A stretch of DNA of 64,000 bases from Acidobacteriota bacterium. GTDB lineage: Bacteria > Acidobacteriota > Vicinamibacteria > Vicinamibacterales > UBA2999. Position numbers and translations under genes: made by a program. The DNA lies in contig JBQTIE010000295.1 in NCBI GenBank assembly GCA_052389315.1, forward strand, positions 5,255 through 69,254, given 5' to 3'. This document shows positions 29,775 to 39,472 of this stretch, in pieces. Numbering within the stretch: position 1 is the stretch's first letter; each line of letters opens with the position of its first letter. Under the pieces are notes generated by a model, which saw only the letters and a program-made list of their open reading frames with translations, was not told the DNA's origin and did no database searches.

Positions 29775-31109
29775 ATGATTTCACGGCGAGCGTTCCTTGC
29801 CGCCGCGGCGGCCACGCTGCCACTCCCGGCCTGGTCGCGCAGCCGTACGCGTCAGGCGCCGGCCGTCGACGCTGGCCGGCTTCAGGCTCGACTCGAGCGC
29901 CTCAGCATCTTTGGCCGCCCGCCCGGCGGGACCTTCGACGCTGGGGTCAATCGCGTCGCGTACTCGGATGCCGACCTCGCGGCCCGCCGATGGCTCCACG
30001 CCGAAATGACCACGGCGGGACTGGAGCCACGGATCGACGCGGCGGGCAACATCTTCGCGCGGTGGGGCGGCGACGGCACGCGGCGTCCCATCCTGTTCGG
30101 TTCGCACATCGACTCGGTGCCAACCGGCGGGAATTTCGACGGTGACCTCGGCACCCTCGCGGCTCTCGAGGTGATCCAGGCGTGCCAGGCCGCCGGCTAT
30201 TCCCCGCATCACCCGCTGGAAATGGTCCTGTGGGCTCACGAAGAGAGTACTGCATTTGGACGCGGCACCGCGGCCAGTCGGATTGTCGCCGGCGATCTGA
30301 AAGCCGGCGATCTCGATCAGACATGGAACGGACTGCGGAGGGCCGAAGGCATCCGGCGCCTCGGGGGCGATCCGGCTCGCATCGAGGAGGCGATTCGCCG
30401 GCCCGGCGACTGGCACGCGTATCTGGAGCTGCACATCGAGCAGGGTGGCTCCCTCCACAGCCGCGGCACTCCCATCGGCGTCGTCGAGGGCATCGTGTCC
30501 ATCCACCGCTACGACGTCGAAATCGCGGGGTTTGCCAATCACGCGGGGACCACCCCCATGGATCGGCGGCAGGACGCCTTGATCGCGGCCGCGCAGCTCA
30601 CGCTGGCCGTGCGCGCGACCGCGACGGGCCGCCCCGGGCGGCATGTCGGCACCGTCGGGAGACTCGACGTGTGGCCCAATTCTCCCAACGTGATTCCGGG
30701 TCGCGTGGTGCTCAGCGTCGAGCTTCGAGATCTGTCGGAGGACGTCCTGCACGCGCTCGCCCAGGAGCTTCGCGCGCGCGCGGCGGCCATTGCCGCCGGC
30801 ACCGGGACGACGATCACGATGACGCTCGCCTCCCGCAACCCACCGGCGCTGGCCGACGCGCGGATGAAGCAGGCGATCGCAGACGCGTCGGCACGTTCGG
30901 GCCTGCAGGTCGCGCAGTTGCCGAGCGGCGCGGGCCACGACGCTCAGATGATCGCCGCCCTCTGCCCCATGGGCATGATCTTCGTGCCGAGCATCGACGG
31001 CATCAGTCACTCGCCCCTCGAGCGGACCACGTGGCCGGACTGCGCGCGAGGGGCGACGGTCCTGCTGGGCGCGGTGCTCGAGATCGATTCGCGGGATACT
31101 ATGGATTGA
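29775..31109 (+). CDS. M20-family Zn-dependent amidase (allantoate amidohydrolase / N-carbamoyl-L-amino-acid hydrolase type) with a Tat-like signal
   Basis: MISRRAFLAAAAATLPLPAWS, then GSHIDSVPTGGNFDGDLGTLAALEV, WAHEESTAFG, YLELHIEQG and FANHAGTTPM are typical of the hydantoinase/carbamoylase amidase family. Confidence 0.85.
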   Translation: MISRRAFLAAAAATLPLPAWSRSRTRQAPAVDAGRLQARLERLSIFGRPPGGTFDAGVNRVAYSDADLAARRWLHAEMTTAGLEPRIDAAGNIFARWGGDGTRRPILFGSHIDSVPTGGNFDGDLGTLAALEVIQACQAAGYSPHHPLEMVLWAHEESTAFGRGTAASRIVAGDLKAGDLDQTWNGLRRAEGIRRLGGDPARIEEAIRRPGDWHAYLELHIEQGGSLHSRGTPIGVVEGIVSIHRYDVEIAGFANHAGTTPMDRRQDALIAAAQLTLAVRATATGRPGRHVGTVGRLDVWPNSPNVIPGRVVLSVELRDLSEDVLHALAQELRARAAAIAAGTGTTITMTLASRNPPALADARMKQAIADASARSGLQVAQLPSGAGHDAQMIAALCPMGMIFVPSIDGISHSPLERTTWPDCARGATVLLGAVLEIDSRDTMD

Positions 31110-31135
31110 CGTGACGACCCTCACCGTCTGACCAC

Positions 31136-31597
31136 ATGCGCACGAGCCGCCTCCTCGTATCGACGGATGTCGGCGACCTCTCCGCCGAGGTGGCGCGCCT
31201 GTTCGAGGATTTGGGCAGGCGGCGAACGCACCGGCCCGTGCCGTCCGGTGAATGCCTCCCGCTTTGGGATGTCTTCGAAACCGACCGCGCCGTCGAAATC
31301 GTGCTGGACATACCCGGTGTGCGCGCCGAGAACATGCGCGTCGTGATCAAGTCCGGCGTCGTGCTCGTCGTGGGGGAGAAGGATCGACCCGAGCGAACGA
31401 CCGGGCCGTCGAGCTATCACCTGGTGGAACGCGACTTCGGTCGCTTCGCCCGCGCCTTGCGCGTGCACGTCGCCATCGATGCGGCGGAGGCCACGGCACG
31501 GCTGCGGCAAGGGGAGCTGCGAATCGGCCTGCCCAAGATCCCCGAACGGCGCGGCGTCGAACATCACATCGCGATCGACATTGCTTCGTCGCCATGA
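31136..31597 (+). CDS. Hsp20/alpha-crystallin family protein (second copy)
   Basis: PLWDVFETDRAVEIVLDIPGVRAENMRVVIKSGVVLVVGEK....ERDFGRFARALRV..AIDAAEATARLRQGELRIGLPK. Confidence 0.8.
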   Translation: MRTSRLLVSTDVGDLSAEVARLFEDLGRRRTHRPVPSGECLPLWDVFETDRAVEIVLDIPGVRAENMRVVIKSGVVLVVGEKDRPERTTGPSSYHLVERDFGRFARALRVHVAIDAAEATARLRQGELRIGLPKIPERRGVEHHIAIDIASSP

Positions 31598-32433
31598 AGA
31601 TCCTGTTCATCGGCGACATCGTGGCGCGCCCAGGCCGCGATCTCGTCCGCCGCGGGCTGGGCGCGCTCGTCCAGGCCCACGCGGTCGATCTCGTGGTCGG
31701 CAACGTGGAGAATGCGGCGGGCGGCGCGGGAATCACCAGGGAGATAGCGCGTGACCTCCTCAAAGGCGGCCTTCACGTGCTCACCTCGGGCAACCACGTG
31801 TGGGACAAGCGCGAAGCCCTGGAATTCATCCGCGACGAACCGCGGCTGATTCGACCGGCGAACTATCCCGAAGGCACCCCAGGTTCGGGCTCGTACCTGT
31901 GGGAAGGGCCACGTGGCGAGCGTGTGGGCGTGATCAACCTCATGGGGCGGGTCTTCATGCAGCCACTCGACAATCCGTTCGCCGCCGTCCAGCCCCACGT
32001 GACTGCCTTGCGGCGAGGGGGGGCCACGGTGATCCTCGTGGACTTCCACGCGGAGGCCACGTCGGAAAAGCAGGCCATGGGCTGGCATCTCGACGGCGAG
32101 GTGACGGCCGTCGTCGGAACCCACACACACGTGCAGACCTCCGACGCACGGGTGCTGCCCGGCGGAACCGCGTACATCACCGACGTTGGCATGACCGGCG
32201 CCCACGACGGGGTCATCGGGATGGAGCGGTCGTCGATGGTCGCGCGCTTCATCAGCGGCCTGCCCTCGCGGTACGACTCGGCGTCGGGTGACCCGCGGCT
32301 CCACGCGGTGATCATCACGGCGGATCACGCGAGCGGCCGCGCTCAGGCGATGACGCCGCTCTCTTTGTCGGCCGACGAGCTCGACGCCCTCGCGTCGCCC
32401 GAACGCGCCGAACCGGCGGCCTCACTCCCGTGA
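31594..32433 (+). CDS. ymdB: YmdB-family metallophosphoesterase (2',3'-cyclic-nucleotide phosphodiesterase type)
   Basis: MKILFIGDIVARPGRD, VVGNVENAAGGAGIT, LTSGNHVWDK, DFHAEATSEK and GTHTHVQTSD. The ATG overlaps the hsp20 stop. Confidence 0.85.
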   Translation: MKILFIGDIVARPGRDLVRRGLGALVQAHAVDLVVGNVENAAGGAGITREIARDLLKGGLHVLTSGNHVWDKREALEFIRDEPRLIRPANYPEGTPGSGSYLWEGPRGERVGVINLMGRVFMQPLDNPFAAVQPHVTALRRGGATVILVDFHAEATSEKQAMGWHLDGEVTAVVGTHTHVQTSDARVLPGGTAYITDVGMTGAHDGVIGMERSSMVARFISGLPSRYDSASGDPRLHAVIITADHASGRAQAMTPLSLSADELDALASPERAEPAASLP

Positions 32434-33911
32434 CCACACCGTACGACCTGCCCTTCGACGATGTCGAGCCGCCGCGGCGGACGACGCGCGGCACCGACCC
32501 GCCGCGTGGCGATGCCGCCTCCGGCCGGGAGACCGCGCCGGTCGAGGCCGGTGCACCGGTCCGGCGGATCCTGTCGGTCAGCGAGCTGACGGCGACCCTG
32601 CGCGAGGTGCTGGAAACGTCGTTCCCGGAGATCTGGATCGAAGGCGAACTTTCCAACGCGCGAGTCTGGGCCACGGGACACCTGTATTTCACGCTGAAGG
32701 ACGCTCACGCGCAGATCAAGGGCGTGATGTTCCGGTCCGCGTTGCGCTATCTGAAGTTCAAGCCCGGGGATGGCCTGCACGTCGTCGTCCGGGGCCGGGT
32801 CAGCGTGTACGACCCCAAAGGCGAATATCAAGTGGTCGCCGAGCACATGGAACCGCGGGGGTATGGCCCGCTGCAACTCGCCTTCGAGCAGTTGAAGAAG
32901 CAACTGGCCGCCGAGGGACTGTTCGACTCGGCCCGCAAGCGCCCGCTGCCGGCGCTTCCCCGCCGGATCGGCGTGGTCACATCCATCGACGGCGCGGCAC
33001 TGCGAGACATCGTCCGGGTGCTGCATCGCAGGTATCCGAACCTTCATCTCGTCATGGCGCCGTCGCGGGTGCAGGGCGAGGGCGCGGCCGGCGAGCTGGC
33101 AAGGGCGATTCGCCAGGTGGGCCGCATCGAGGGTGTCGACGTCGTCATTGTCGGCAGAGGCGGCGGGTCGCTCGAGGATCTCTGGGCGTTCAACGAGGAG
33201 AAAGTGGCTCGCGCCATCGCCGCCTCTCCCGTGCCGATCATCAGCGCCGTCGGCCACGAGACCGATTTCAGCATCGCCGACTTCGTCGCCGACGTGCGCG
33301 CGCCGACACCGTCGGCCGCCGCTGAAATGGTCGTCGGCCGCAAGGATGAGTTCCTGGCGCAGATCGACCGGCTCCGTGGTCGCGCCGAAGCCTCGATTCG
33401 CAGCCTGGTCGGCGGCGGGCGCACGCGCTTGAAGACGCTGCTGGCGCGCCCGGGCCTGGCGGGGCAACCGGGCAGGGTCGCCATGCGCGGGCGTCACGTG
33501 GCGGAGCTTGCGGCCGCCCTCGGGCGCACGCTGTCGCTGACGCTCGGGCGCCGCGCGCGCCGGCACGAGACGCTTCGACGCGCGCTCGGGCACTACGATC
33601 CTCGCCATCGACTGGCCTCGATTCGTGCGCGTCTGCTCGCGCGCGATGGACACCTGCGGCGCGTCGTGGTCGAACGCGTCCACCACGCCGATGCACGCGC
33701 CCGGGCGGCGGCCGGGCGGCTGCACGGCCTGAGCCCGCTGGACGTGCTGGCACGAGGCTATGCCGTGTGCTGGGACGAGTCGCGAACCAGGATCATTCGT
33801 GAGGCGACCGCCGTCGGCTCCGGCGACCTCGTGCGCGTCACCCTTGCACGCGGCGAGCTGCGCTGCCAGGTCACCGAGCCCATCCTCGATCCGCCCTCGC
33901 CGGAACGCTGA
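32430..33911 (+). CDS. xseA: exodeoxyribonuclease VII large subunit
   Basis: OB-fold N-terminus (SVSELTATLREVLETSFPEIWIEGELSN..........GHLYFTLKD), then GVVTSIDGAALRDI, RGGGSLEDLWAFNEE and ISAVGHETDFSIADFVADVRAPTPSAAAE. Confidence 0.9.
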   Translation: MTTPYDLPFDDVEPPRRTTRGTDPPRGDAASGRETAPVEAGAPVRRILSVSELTATLREVLETSFPEIWIEGELSNARVWATGHLYFTLKDAHAQIKGVMFRSALRYLKFKPGDGLHVVVRGRVSVYDPKGEYQVVAEHMEPRGYGPLQLAFEQLKKQLAAEGLFDSARKRPLPALPRRIGVVTSIDGAALRDIVRVLHRRYPNLHLVMAPSRVQGEGAAGELARAIRQVGRIEGVDVVIVGRGGGSLEDLWAFNEEKVARAIAASPVPIISAVGHETDFSIADFVADVRAPTPSAAAEMVVGRKDEFLAQIDRLRGRAEASIRSLVGGGRTRLKTLLARPGLAGQPGRVAMRGRHVAELAAALGRTLSLTLGRRARRHETLRRALGHYDPRHRLASIRARLLARDGHLRRVVVERVHHADARARAAAGRLHGLSPLDVLARGYAVCWDESRTRIIREATAVGSGDLVRVTLARGELRCQVTEPILDPPSPER

Positions 33912-33915
33912 CATC

Positions 33916-34161
33916 ATGGATGCCACCATCAAGGATTTCGAAACCGCGATCGCCGAACTGGAGACGATCGTCAAGAAGCTGGAAGACGGCGAGCTGGCGC
34001 TCGACAAGTCGCTGGAATTGTACGAGCGGGGCGTCCAGCTCTCGCGCTTCTGCCACGCGCGGCTCGAGGAAGCCGAGCGGCGGATCGAGGTGCTCAACGA
34101 ACGCGGTGAACTCAAACCGGCTCCACCCTCCTTGGGCCTGCCGGGCGACGAAGAGCGTTGA
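33916..34161 (+). CDS. xseB: exodeoxyribonuclease VII small subunit
   Basis: 81 aa. FETAIAELETIVKKLEDGELALDKSLELYERGVQLSRFCHARLEEAERRIEVL is canonical XseB. Start is ATG 33916 within ORF 33760..34161. Confidence 0.85.
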   Translation: MDATIKDFETAIAELETIVKKLEDGELALDKSLELYERGVQLSRFCHARLEEAERRIEVLNERGELKPAPPSLGLPGDEER

Positions 34162-34167
34162 CCTCGG

Positions 34168-35106
34168 ATGCCCCTGCACGAGCTGCTGACAGCGCTCCGA
34201 AGTGAGATCGAGTCGGCGCTGGCCGGCTATGCGCTGAAACCACCCGCAACCCCCGGCATCGTCGGCGAAGCCATGCAGTACAGCCTCACGGCCGGGGGCA
34301 AGAGACTTCGCCCGCTGCTGACCTTGTGCGCGGCCGACGCCGTGGCCGCGCGCGGCGGTCTCGCTCCGGATCTCGTCAGGCGTCTGGCCATGCCCTCGGC
34401 GTGCGCCATCGAGATGATTCATACCTACTCGTTGATCCACGACGATCTCCCCGCCATGGACGATGACACGCTTCGGCGTGGCCGCCCGACGCTGCACGTG
34501 GTGGCCGGCGACGGGATGGCCATCCTGGCGGGCGACGGCCTCCAAGCCGACGCGTTTCGCCTCCTCGCACGGGAGCCCTCATCCAACGACCCGGCGATCG
34601 TCAGCCGAAAACTGCGCGTCATCGCCACGATCGCGGAGGCGGCTGGCTCGTCCGGCATGGTCGGGGGCCAGGCGCTCGACCTCGCGGCCATCCGACCCGC
34701 TCCAGGTCGTCCGCCGGCGATCCTGGACGCCGCCGGGCTCGAAGCCATGCACGGGCGCAAGACCGGCGCGCTGATCCGCGCGGCCACGGTCGCCGGTGCC
34801 ATCATGGCCGGCGCAGACGAAGAGGCCGTCGCCGCGCTCGATCGTTTTGGGGTCGAGATCGGACTCGCGTTTCAAATCGTCGACGATCTGCTCGACGTGG
34901 AACAGCGGTCCGAAACCCTGGGAAAGACAGCCGGCAAGGATGCGCAGGCGGGCAAGCCCACCTATCCGTCGCTGTTCGGCCTGGAACGATCGCGACAGCT
35001 CGCCGCCGACCGCATCGCCAGTGCCGCCTCGGCGTTGACCGGCGCCGGCCTCGACGACTCGGCCCTCATGGGCATTGCCCGCTGGGTCCTCGATCGGCAG
35101 TCGTGA
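34168..35106 (+). CDS. polyprenyl diphosphate synthase (farnesyl/geranylgeranyl diphosphate synthase)
   Basis: First Asp-rich motif LIHDDLPAMDDDTLRRGRPT and second motif FQIVDDLLD. The position after xseB is typical of ispA. Confidence 0.85.
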   Translation: MPLHELLTALRSEIESALAGYALKPPATPGIVGEAMQYSLTAGGKRLRPLLTLCAADAVAARGGLAPDLVRRLAMPSACAIEMIHTYSLIHDDLPAMDDDTLRRGRPTLHVVAGDGMAILAGDGLQADAFRLLAREPSSNDPAIVSRKLRVIATIAEAAGSSGMVGGQALDLAAIRPAPGRPPAILDAAGLEAMHGRKTGALIRAATVAGAIMAGADEEAVAALDRFGVEIGLAFQIVDDLLDVEQRSETLGKTAGKDAQAGKPTYPSLFGLERSRQLAADRIASAASALTGAGLDDSALMGIARWVLDRQS

Positions 35107-35855
35107 CCGCCGTGGCCAAGTCGCGCCTCGACATCCTGATGGTCCAACGCGGTTTGGCCGAGACACGCGAAAAGGCCCGCGCCCTGATCCTCGCCGGCAA
35201 GGTCGACGTCGCCGGCTCGGCCTCGATCAAAGCCGGGGCCCTGGTGGCTGCCGATGCCGAGATTCGGGTCACCCAACCAGACCACCCGTGGGTGAGCCGT
35301 GGCGGGGTCAAGCTCGCGCATGCCCTCGACCTGTTCCACATTGCCGTGGAGGGGCGCCTGGGACTTGACATCGGCGCGTCGACGGGCGGGTTTACCGACG
35401 TGCTGCTTCAGCGCGGGGCTCGCCATGTCCTGGCGATCGACGTCGGTCACGGCCAGCTTCACTGGAAGCTTCGCGGTGATCCGCGCGTCACCGTCATCGA
35501 GGGCATCAACGCACGCGCCCTCACAGCGGTCGACCTGCCGGGCCTCGGCCAGGGCGCCGACGTCGTGACCGTTGACGTCTCGTTCATCTCCCTCGCGCTC
35601 ATCCTGCCCGTCGTGCCCGGTCTTTTGGCGTCGGGCGCCGATGTCGTCGCCCTCGTCAAGCCGCAATTCGAGGCGGGACGCCAGGAGGTGCGCCGCGGGG
35701 GACTGGTCACCGACCCAGCCGTCCACGAACGGGTCATTGGCGAGGTCACGGCGGCCGGCCGTGCAGTAGGATTGGCACGCGTCGGGCTCATCCCCTCGCC
35801 AATCACCGGGGCCGAGGGCAACCGGGAGTTCCTGATGCATCTGACATGCGCGTAG
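35103..35855 (+). CDS. tlyA: TlyA-family rRNA (cytidine-2'-O)-methyltransferase
   Basis: S4-like N-terminus (RLDILMVQRGLAETREKARALILAGKV) and an FtsJ-type SAM domain (LDIGASTGGFTDVLLQRGA..V.AIDVGHGQL). Confidence 0.85.
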   Translation: MTAVAKSRLDILMVQRGLAETREKARALILAGKVDVAGSASIKAGALVAADAEIRVTQPDHPWVSRGGVKLAHALDLFHIAVEGRLGLDIGASTGGFTDVLLQRGARHVLAIDVGHGQLHWKLRGDPRVTVIEGINARALTAVDLPGLGQGADVVTVDVSFISLALILPVVPGLLASGADVVALVKPQFEAGRQEVRRGGLVTDPAVHERVIGEVTAAGRAVGLARVGLIPSPITGAEGNREFLMHLTCA

Positions 35856-36700
35856 GCATCGTGACCAAGCGGCAGCTGACGGCCGCATCGAGCACGCTCG
35901 CGGAGTTGGAGGAGTGGCTGCGTGCGCGCGATGTCCCTGCGCTCTGGGCGCCCGAGACGGCAGAGCTCATGGCCGACGGTGACCGCCCGGTGGCCGAGCG
36001 TTGGCAGCTCGCCGAGGCCGTCGACCTCGTGCTGGTCCTCGGCGGTGACGGCACGCTGCTGTCGATGGCGGGCATCATCGGCACGCGCGGGCTCGACGTG
36101 CCGATCCTCGGCGTCAACTTCGGGTCCCTGGGGTTTCTGACTGAAATCACGCACGCCGAGCTGTTCAGCTCGCTCGAGGCCGCGCTGGCAGGCCGTGTGG
36201 ATCACGACGCGCGAATGATGCTGTTCGGCAGCCTGCCCGGACACACGGGCCTGGCGATGAACGACATCGTGCTTGCGCGAACGGCACTGTCCCGAATGGT
36301 GGATCTCGACGTGACGGTGGGCGATCAGTTCGTGACTTCGGTCAGGTCGGATGGTCTCATCATCGCCACACCAACCGGATCGACCGCCTATAACCTGTCC
36401 GCCGGCGGGCCCGTCGTGCACCCCGCGATGGACGCGATGGTCCTGACGCCGATCGCTCCGCACACGCTCACGCATCGCCCCATCGTGATCCCCGCGGCCC
36501 GCGAGGTGCGCGTGCGGGCCGCCTCGACCAACGCCGGTGCGGAAATCTACGTGACCTTTGACGGCCAGCACGGCCTCCCGCTGGCCGAGGGCGGGGAGCT
36601 TTCCGTGACCAGAGCGGCCAAACCGATCCGACTCGTCCGCGCGGCCAACCGGAACTACTTCGCGGTCCTCAGGGAAAAGCTCAAGTGGGGGGAGCGCTAG
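35846..36700 (+). CDS. nadK: NAD(+) kinase
   Basis: DLVLVLGGDGTLL, GVNFGSLGFLT, DGLIIATPTGSTAYNLSAGGP and the PH..THRP motif. Confidence 0.9.
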   Translation: MRVGIVTKRQLTAASSTLAELEEWLRARDVPALWAPETAELMADGDRPVAERWQLAEAVDLVLVLGGDGTLLSMAGIIGTRGLDVPILGVNFGSLGFLTEITHAELFSSLEAALAGRVDHDARMMLFGSLPGHTGLAMNDIVLARTALSRMVDLDVTVGDQFVTSVRSDGLIIATPTGSTAYNLSAGGPVVHPAMDAMVLTPIAPHTLTHRPIVIPAAREVRVRAASTNAGAEIYVTFDGQHGLPLAEGGELSVTRAAKPIRLVRAANRNYFAVLREKLKWGER

Positions 36701-36716
36701 GAGTCCGTCGCCTGCG

Positions 36717-37763
36717 TCAGGGTTGCTTGGCGCGCGCGCGACGGCGAAAGAACTCCACCTGCCACCGTTGAACGTTGCGGTTGTGTTCGGCGAGGGTGCG
36801 GGCAAATACGTGGGATCCGTCATTGCGGCTCACGAAATAGAGGTAGTCCACCGGCGCGGGATTGACCGCCGCCTCGAGCGCGGCGCGCCCGGGCGCGGCG
36901 ATCGGTCCGGGAGGCAGGCCGGGATAGCGATACGTGTTGTACGGCGAGTCGATCTGCAGGTCATCCCGGCGCAGGTTGCCGTCATAGCGCCCCGCAGCCT
37001 GCAGCGCATAGATGACCGTGGGGTCGGCCTGCATGGGCATGCCCACACGCCGACGATTGAGGTAGACCGCCGCCACGATCCGGCGCTCGTCGGCCAGTGC
37101 CGTTTCCTTCTCGACCAGTGACGCGAGCGTCACGGCGTCGCGCACGCTGAGCCCATGTGCCCGGGCGGCCTCGATCATTTCTGGCGAGAACGTTTTCATG
37201 AACAGTTCAGTCATCTGGGCGATCAGCACCGCGGCTGGCGCTTTTCTGCCCAGCGCGTAGGTCTCTGGAAAAAGGTACCCCTCGAGCGTCCTGGCTTCGG
37301 CATCGAGCGCGGCAATGGCCGTGACGTCGATGGCGGCCTGTTCGAATTGTGCGGCCGTGCCCAGCCCCGCCGCTTCGTACACCCGGGCCATCTCTCGGAT
37401 CGTCAGTCCTTCGGGAAACGTGACCAGGCGGCGATAGACGTCCCCGCGCGAGATCTTCTCGACCACCTCGAGCGCACTCATCGGCCGGTCGAATCGATAT
37501 TCACCGGCGCGGAGGTCCCGAGCCCGGCCGCTCAACCAGACGGCGGCTCGGAAGGTCACGGGGTCTCTGACTACAGCGGCATCGACGAGCTGCCGCCCAA
37601 TCGCCGCCGACCCCAGACCCGGACTGATGTCCACGAAGACGCCTTCGTCTGCATAACCCTTGAAGGATTCGTGGATCCGCGTATGGCCGACAAAGGTGAC
37701 GCCGCCGGCCAGGCCGGCCACCAGCAGCAACGCCAGCGCGACGGCGATGAGCAGACGCTTCAT
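36717..37763 (-). CDS. mltG: endolytic murein transglycosylase MltG (YceG family)
   Basis: N-terminal TM helix MKRLLIAVALALLLVAGLAG, then GEYRF....S..EV..KI..G, TFPEGLTIREM, ASLVEKET and PYNTY...GLPPGPIA.PG. Start at ATG 37763 overlaps the ruvX stop. Confidence 0.85.
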   Translation of the reverse strand: MKRLLIAVALALLLVAGLAGGVTFVGHTRIHESFKGYADEGVFVDISPGLGSAAIGRQLVDAAVVRDPVTFRAAVWLSGRARDLRAGEYRFDRPMSALEVVEKISRGDVYRRLVTFPEGLTIREMARVYEAAGLGTAAQFEQAAIDVTAIAALDAEARTLEGYLFPETYALGRKAPAAVLIAQMTELFMKTFSPEMIEAARAHGLSVRDAVTLASLVEKETALADERRIVAAVYLNRRRVGMPMQADPTVIYALQAAGRYDGNLRRDDLQIDSPYNTYRYPGLPPGPIAAPGRAALEAAVNPAPVDYLYFVSRNDGSHVFARTLAEHNRNVQRWQVEFFRRRARAKQP

Positions 37764-38191
37764 CTGGTCCGTCCATCCAGGTAGTCCTGCAGGATCACCG
37801 CCGCTGCGGCAGCATCGAGCTTGGCCTTTCGCCGGCGCCAGTTCCGCTCTCGTAATGCCAGCCGCTCGTCTGCTTCCCGGCTCGACAAGCGTTCGTCCTG
37901 CAAGATCACCGGCACCGCGACCCGCGGCTCGAGGGCGCGCGCGAACGCTTCGACGTGCACGGTGTCGTGGGTGGGGCTCCCATCGAGCCGGCGCGGCCAT
38001 CCCACGACGACCGCTTCCAACCCCTCGTCTGCGCGGGACAGGGTGTGCACTTGATCGACGATCAGGTCGAGCGTGGCCGAGTCGGAGTCAGGACGGGCGA
38101 TCAACTGCCACGGCGAGGCAAGGGTGGCCGTCGCGTCGCTCAGAGCCAGGCCGATGCGTCTGCGGCCGTAGTCGATGCCGAGCACTCGCAC
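37760..38191 (-). CDS. ruvX: Holliday junction resolvase-like pre-16S rRNA nuclease RuvX/YqgF
   Basis: VLGIDYGRRRIGLALSD......P, VVVGWPRRLDGS, DERLSS.EA and AAAAVILQDYLD. GTG 38191 gives 143 aa. The much longer ORF 37760..38620 upstream of that is not supported. Confidence 0.85.
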   Translation of the reverse strand: MRVLGIDYGRRRIGLALSDATATLASPWQLIARPDSDSATLDLIVDQVHTLSRADEGLEAVVVGWPRRLDGSPTHDTVHVEAFARALEPRVAVPVILQDERLSSREADERLALRERNWRRRKAKLDAAAAAVILQDYLDGRTR

Positions 38192-38199
38192 GCGCTCAA

Positions 38200-38568
38200 T
38201 TATGCGGGATGCGATATCGAGGAGGCCGCCGCCATCGCGAGCAGGAGCTCGCGAAGGTAATACGCGAGCGTGGCCGCGGCCGCCACCAGGACGATCATGC
38301 GTACGAGCGCCGCGGGCGTTCCCATCCGGCGCTGCATGATGAGCTGAATCGGCTGCCACGCGAGAAAGAACAGCAAGTAGGACGCTCCGATGCCAAGGGC
38401 CAGGCCCACTCGTGGAATCAGCAGGACCGGCAGCAGCGTCAGGATGAAGACGCCGCCCACCCAGACGCCCACCGTCAGCCAGCGCAGCTCCGCCGGCGAG
38501 ATGAGGATTGGTGCAGCCAGGGGGTCGGTGGTCGGACTCGGAAGGGGATTCTGGGAGATCGCGGACAT
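38200..38568 (-). CDS. hypothetical small membrane protein
   Basis: 122 aa with three hydrophobic helices (WLTVGVWVGGVFILTLLPVLLI, LALGIGASYLLFFLAW, LVRMIVLVAAAATLAYYL). It fills the gap upstream of ruvX. No family recognised. Confidence 0.45.
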   Translation of the reverse strand: MSAISQNPLPSPTTDPLAAPILISPAELRWLTVGVWVGGVFILTLLPVLLIPRVGLALGIGASYLLFFLAWQPIQLIMQRRMGTPAALVRMIVLVAAAATLAYYLRELLLAMAAASSISHPA

Positions 38569-38592
38569 CAGGCCAGTGTATCCTCCCCCAGC

Positions 38593-39369
38593 ATGCCGGA
38601 CTGGTTCGTCGCCCTCTCACCGGTAACCCAGGCGCTGCTGGCCACGATCGGCACCTATCTGCTCACCGCGATCGGGACGACGCCCGTCCTCTTCTTCCAT
38701 CAAGCCCCGCGGCGCCTGATGGACGCGCTGATGGGCGGCGCGGCAGGCGTCATGGTCGCCGCCTCGTGCTGGTCGCTCCTCCAGCCGGCGATCGAGCTGG
38801 GAGGCACATGGCCCGCCGTCGTCGGCCTCGCGTTGGGGGGACTCTTCATTTTCGCGCTCGACCAGTTGCTGCCTCATCTGCATCCCGAGTTCCCGGACGA
38901 GGCGCAGGCTGAGGGCCCCGGCTCGAGCTGGCGCCGCGCGGTGCTGCTGATGGTCGCCATCACGATCCACAACTTCCCCGAAGGCCTGGCCGTCGGCGTG
39001 TCGTTCGGCGGCGGGGAGCCCGGCACCGCCCTGGCCCTCGCCATCGGGATCGGCCTTCAGAACATCCCGGAAGGCCTCGCGATCGCGCTGCCGCTTCGAC
39101 GCGAAGGGATGAGCCGCGTCCGCGCGTTCTGGTACGGTCAATTGTCCGCAACCGTCGAGCCGGTCGCGGGCGTGCTCGGTTGCGCGCTGGTCCTGGTCGC
39201 GCAGCCCGTGCTGCCCTACGCGATGGCATTTGCGGCTGGCGCCATGTTGTACGTCGTGGTGGAAGAACTGCTTCCGGAAACGACCCGTCAGGGCAATACA
39301 GACGTGGCCACGCTCGGCTTCCTGACCGGGTTCCTCATCATGATGGCGATGGACACGTCGCTCGGCTAG
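38593..39369 (+). CDS. ZIP-family divalent metal transporter (ZupT/GufA-like)
   Basis: This is the tail of ORF 37660..39369, starting at ATG 38593. It contains HNFPEGLAVGVSF, GIGLQNIPEGLAIALPL and FAAGAMLYVVVEELLPE. Confidence 0.85.
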   Translation: MPDWFVALSPVTQALLATIGTYLLTAIGTTPVLFFHQAPRRLMDALMGGAAGVMVAASCWSLLQPAIELGGTWPAVVGLALGGLFIFALDQLLPHLHPEFPDEAQAEGPGSSWRRAVLLMVAITIHNFPEGLAVGVSFGGGEPGTALALAIGIGLQNIPEGLAIALPLRREGMSRVRAFWYGQLSATVEPVAGVLGCALVLVAQPVLPYAMAFAAGAMLYVVVEELLPETTRQGNTDVATLGFLTGFLIMMAMDTSLG

Positions 39370-39472
39370 ACGGCGACCAGGGCCAGGCTCCGAAGCGGTG
39401 CTTCGCTGGTGTCCGACGCCCCGAGAGGCCGTCAGCGTCGGTCCGGGCCCCAGGCCCACAGCGCGGGTCGGC

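Noticed and set aside
32343-34115. A 590-aa minus-strand ORF.
   Set aside because: It is antisense to xseA and xseB, which have clear family sequence. The composition is Arg/Ala/Gly/Asp-rich with no motif.
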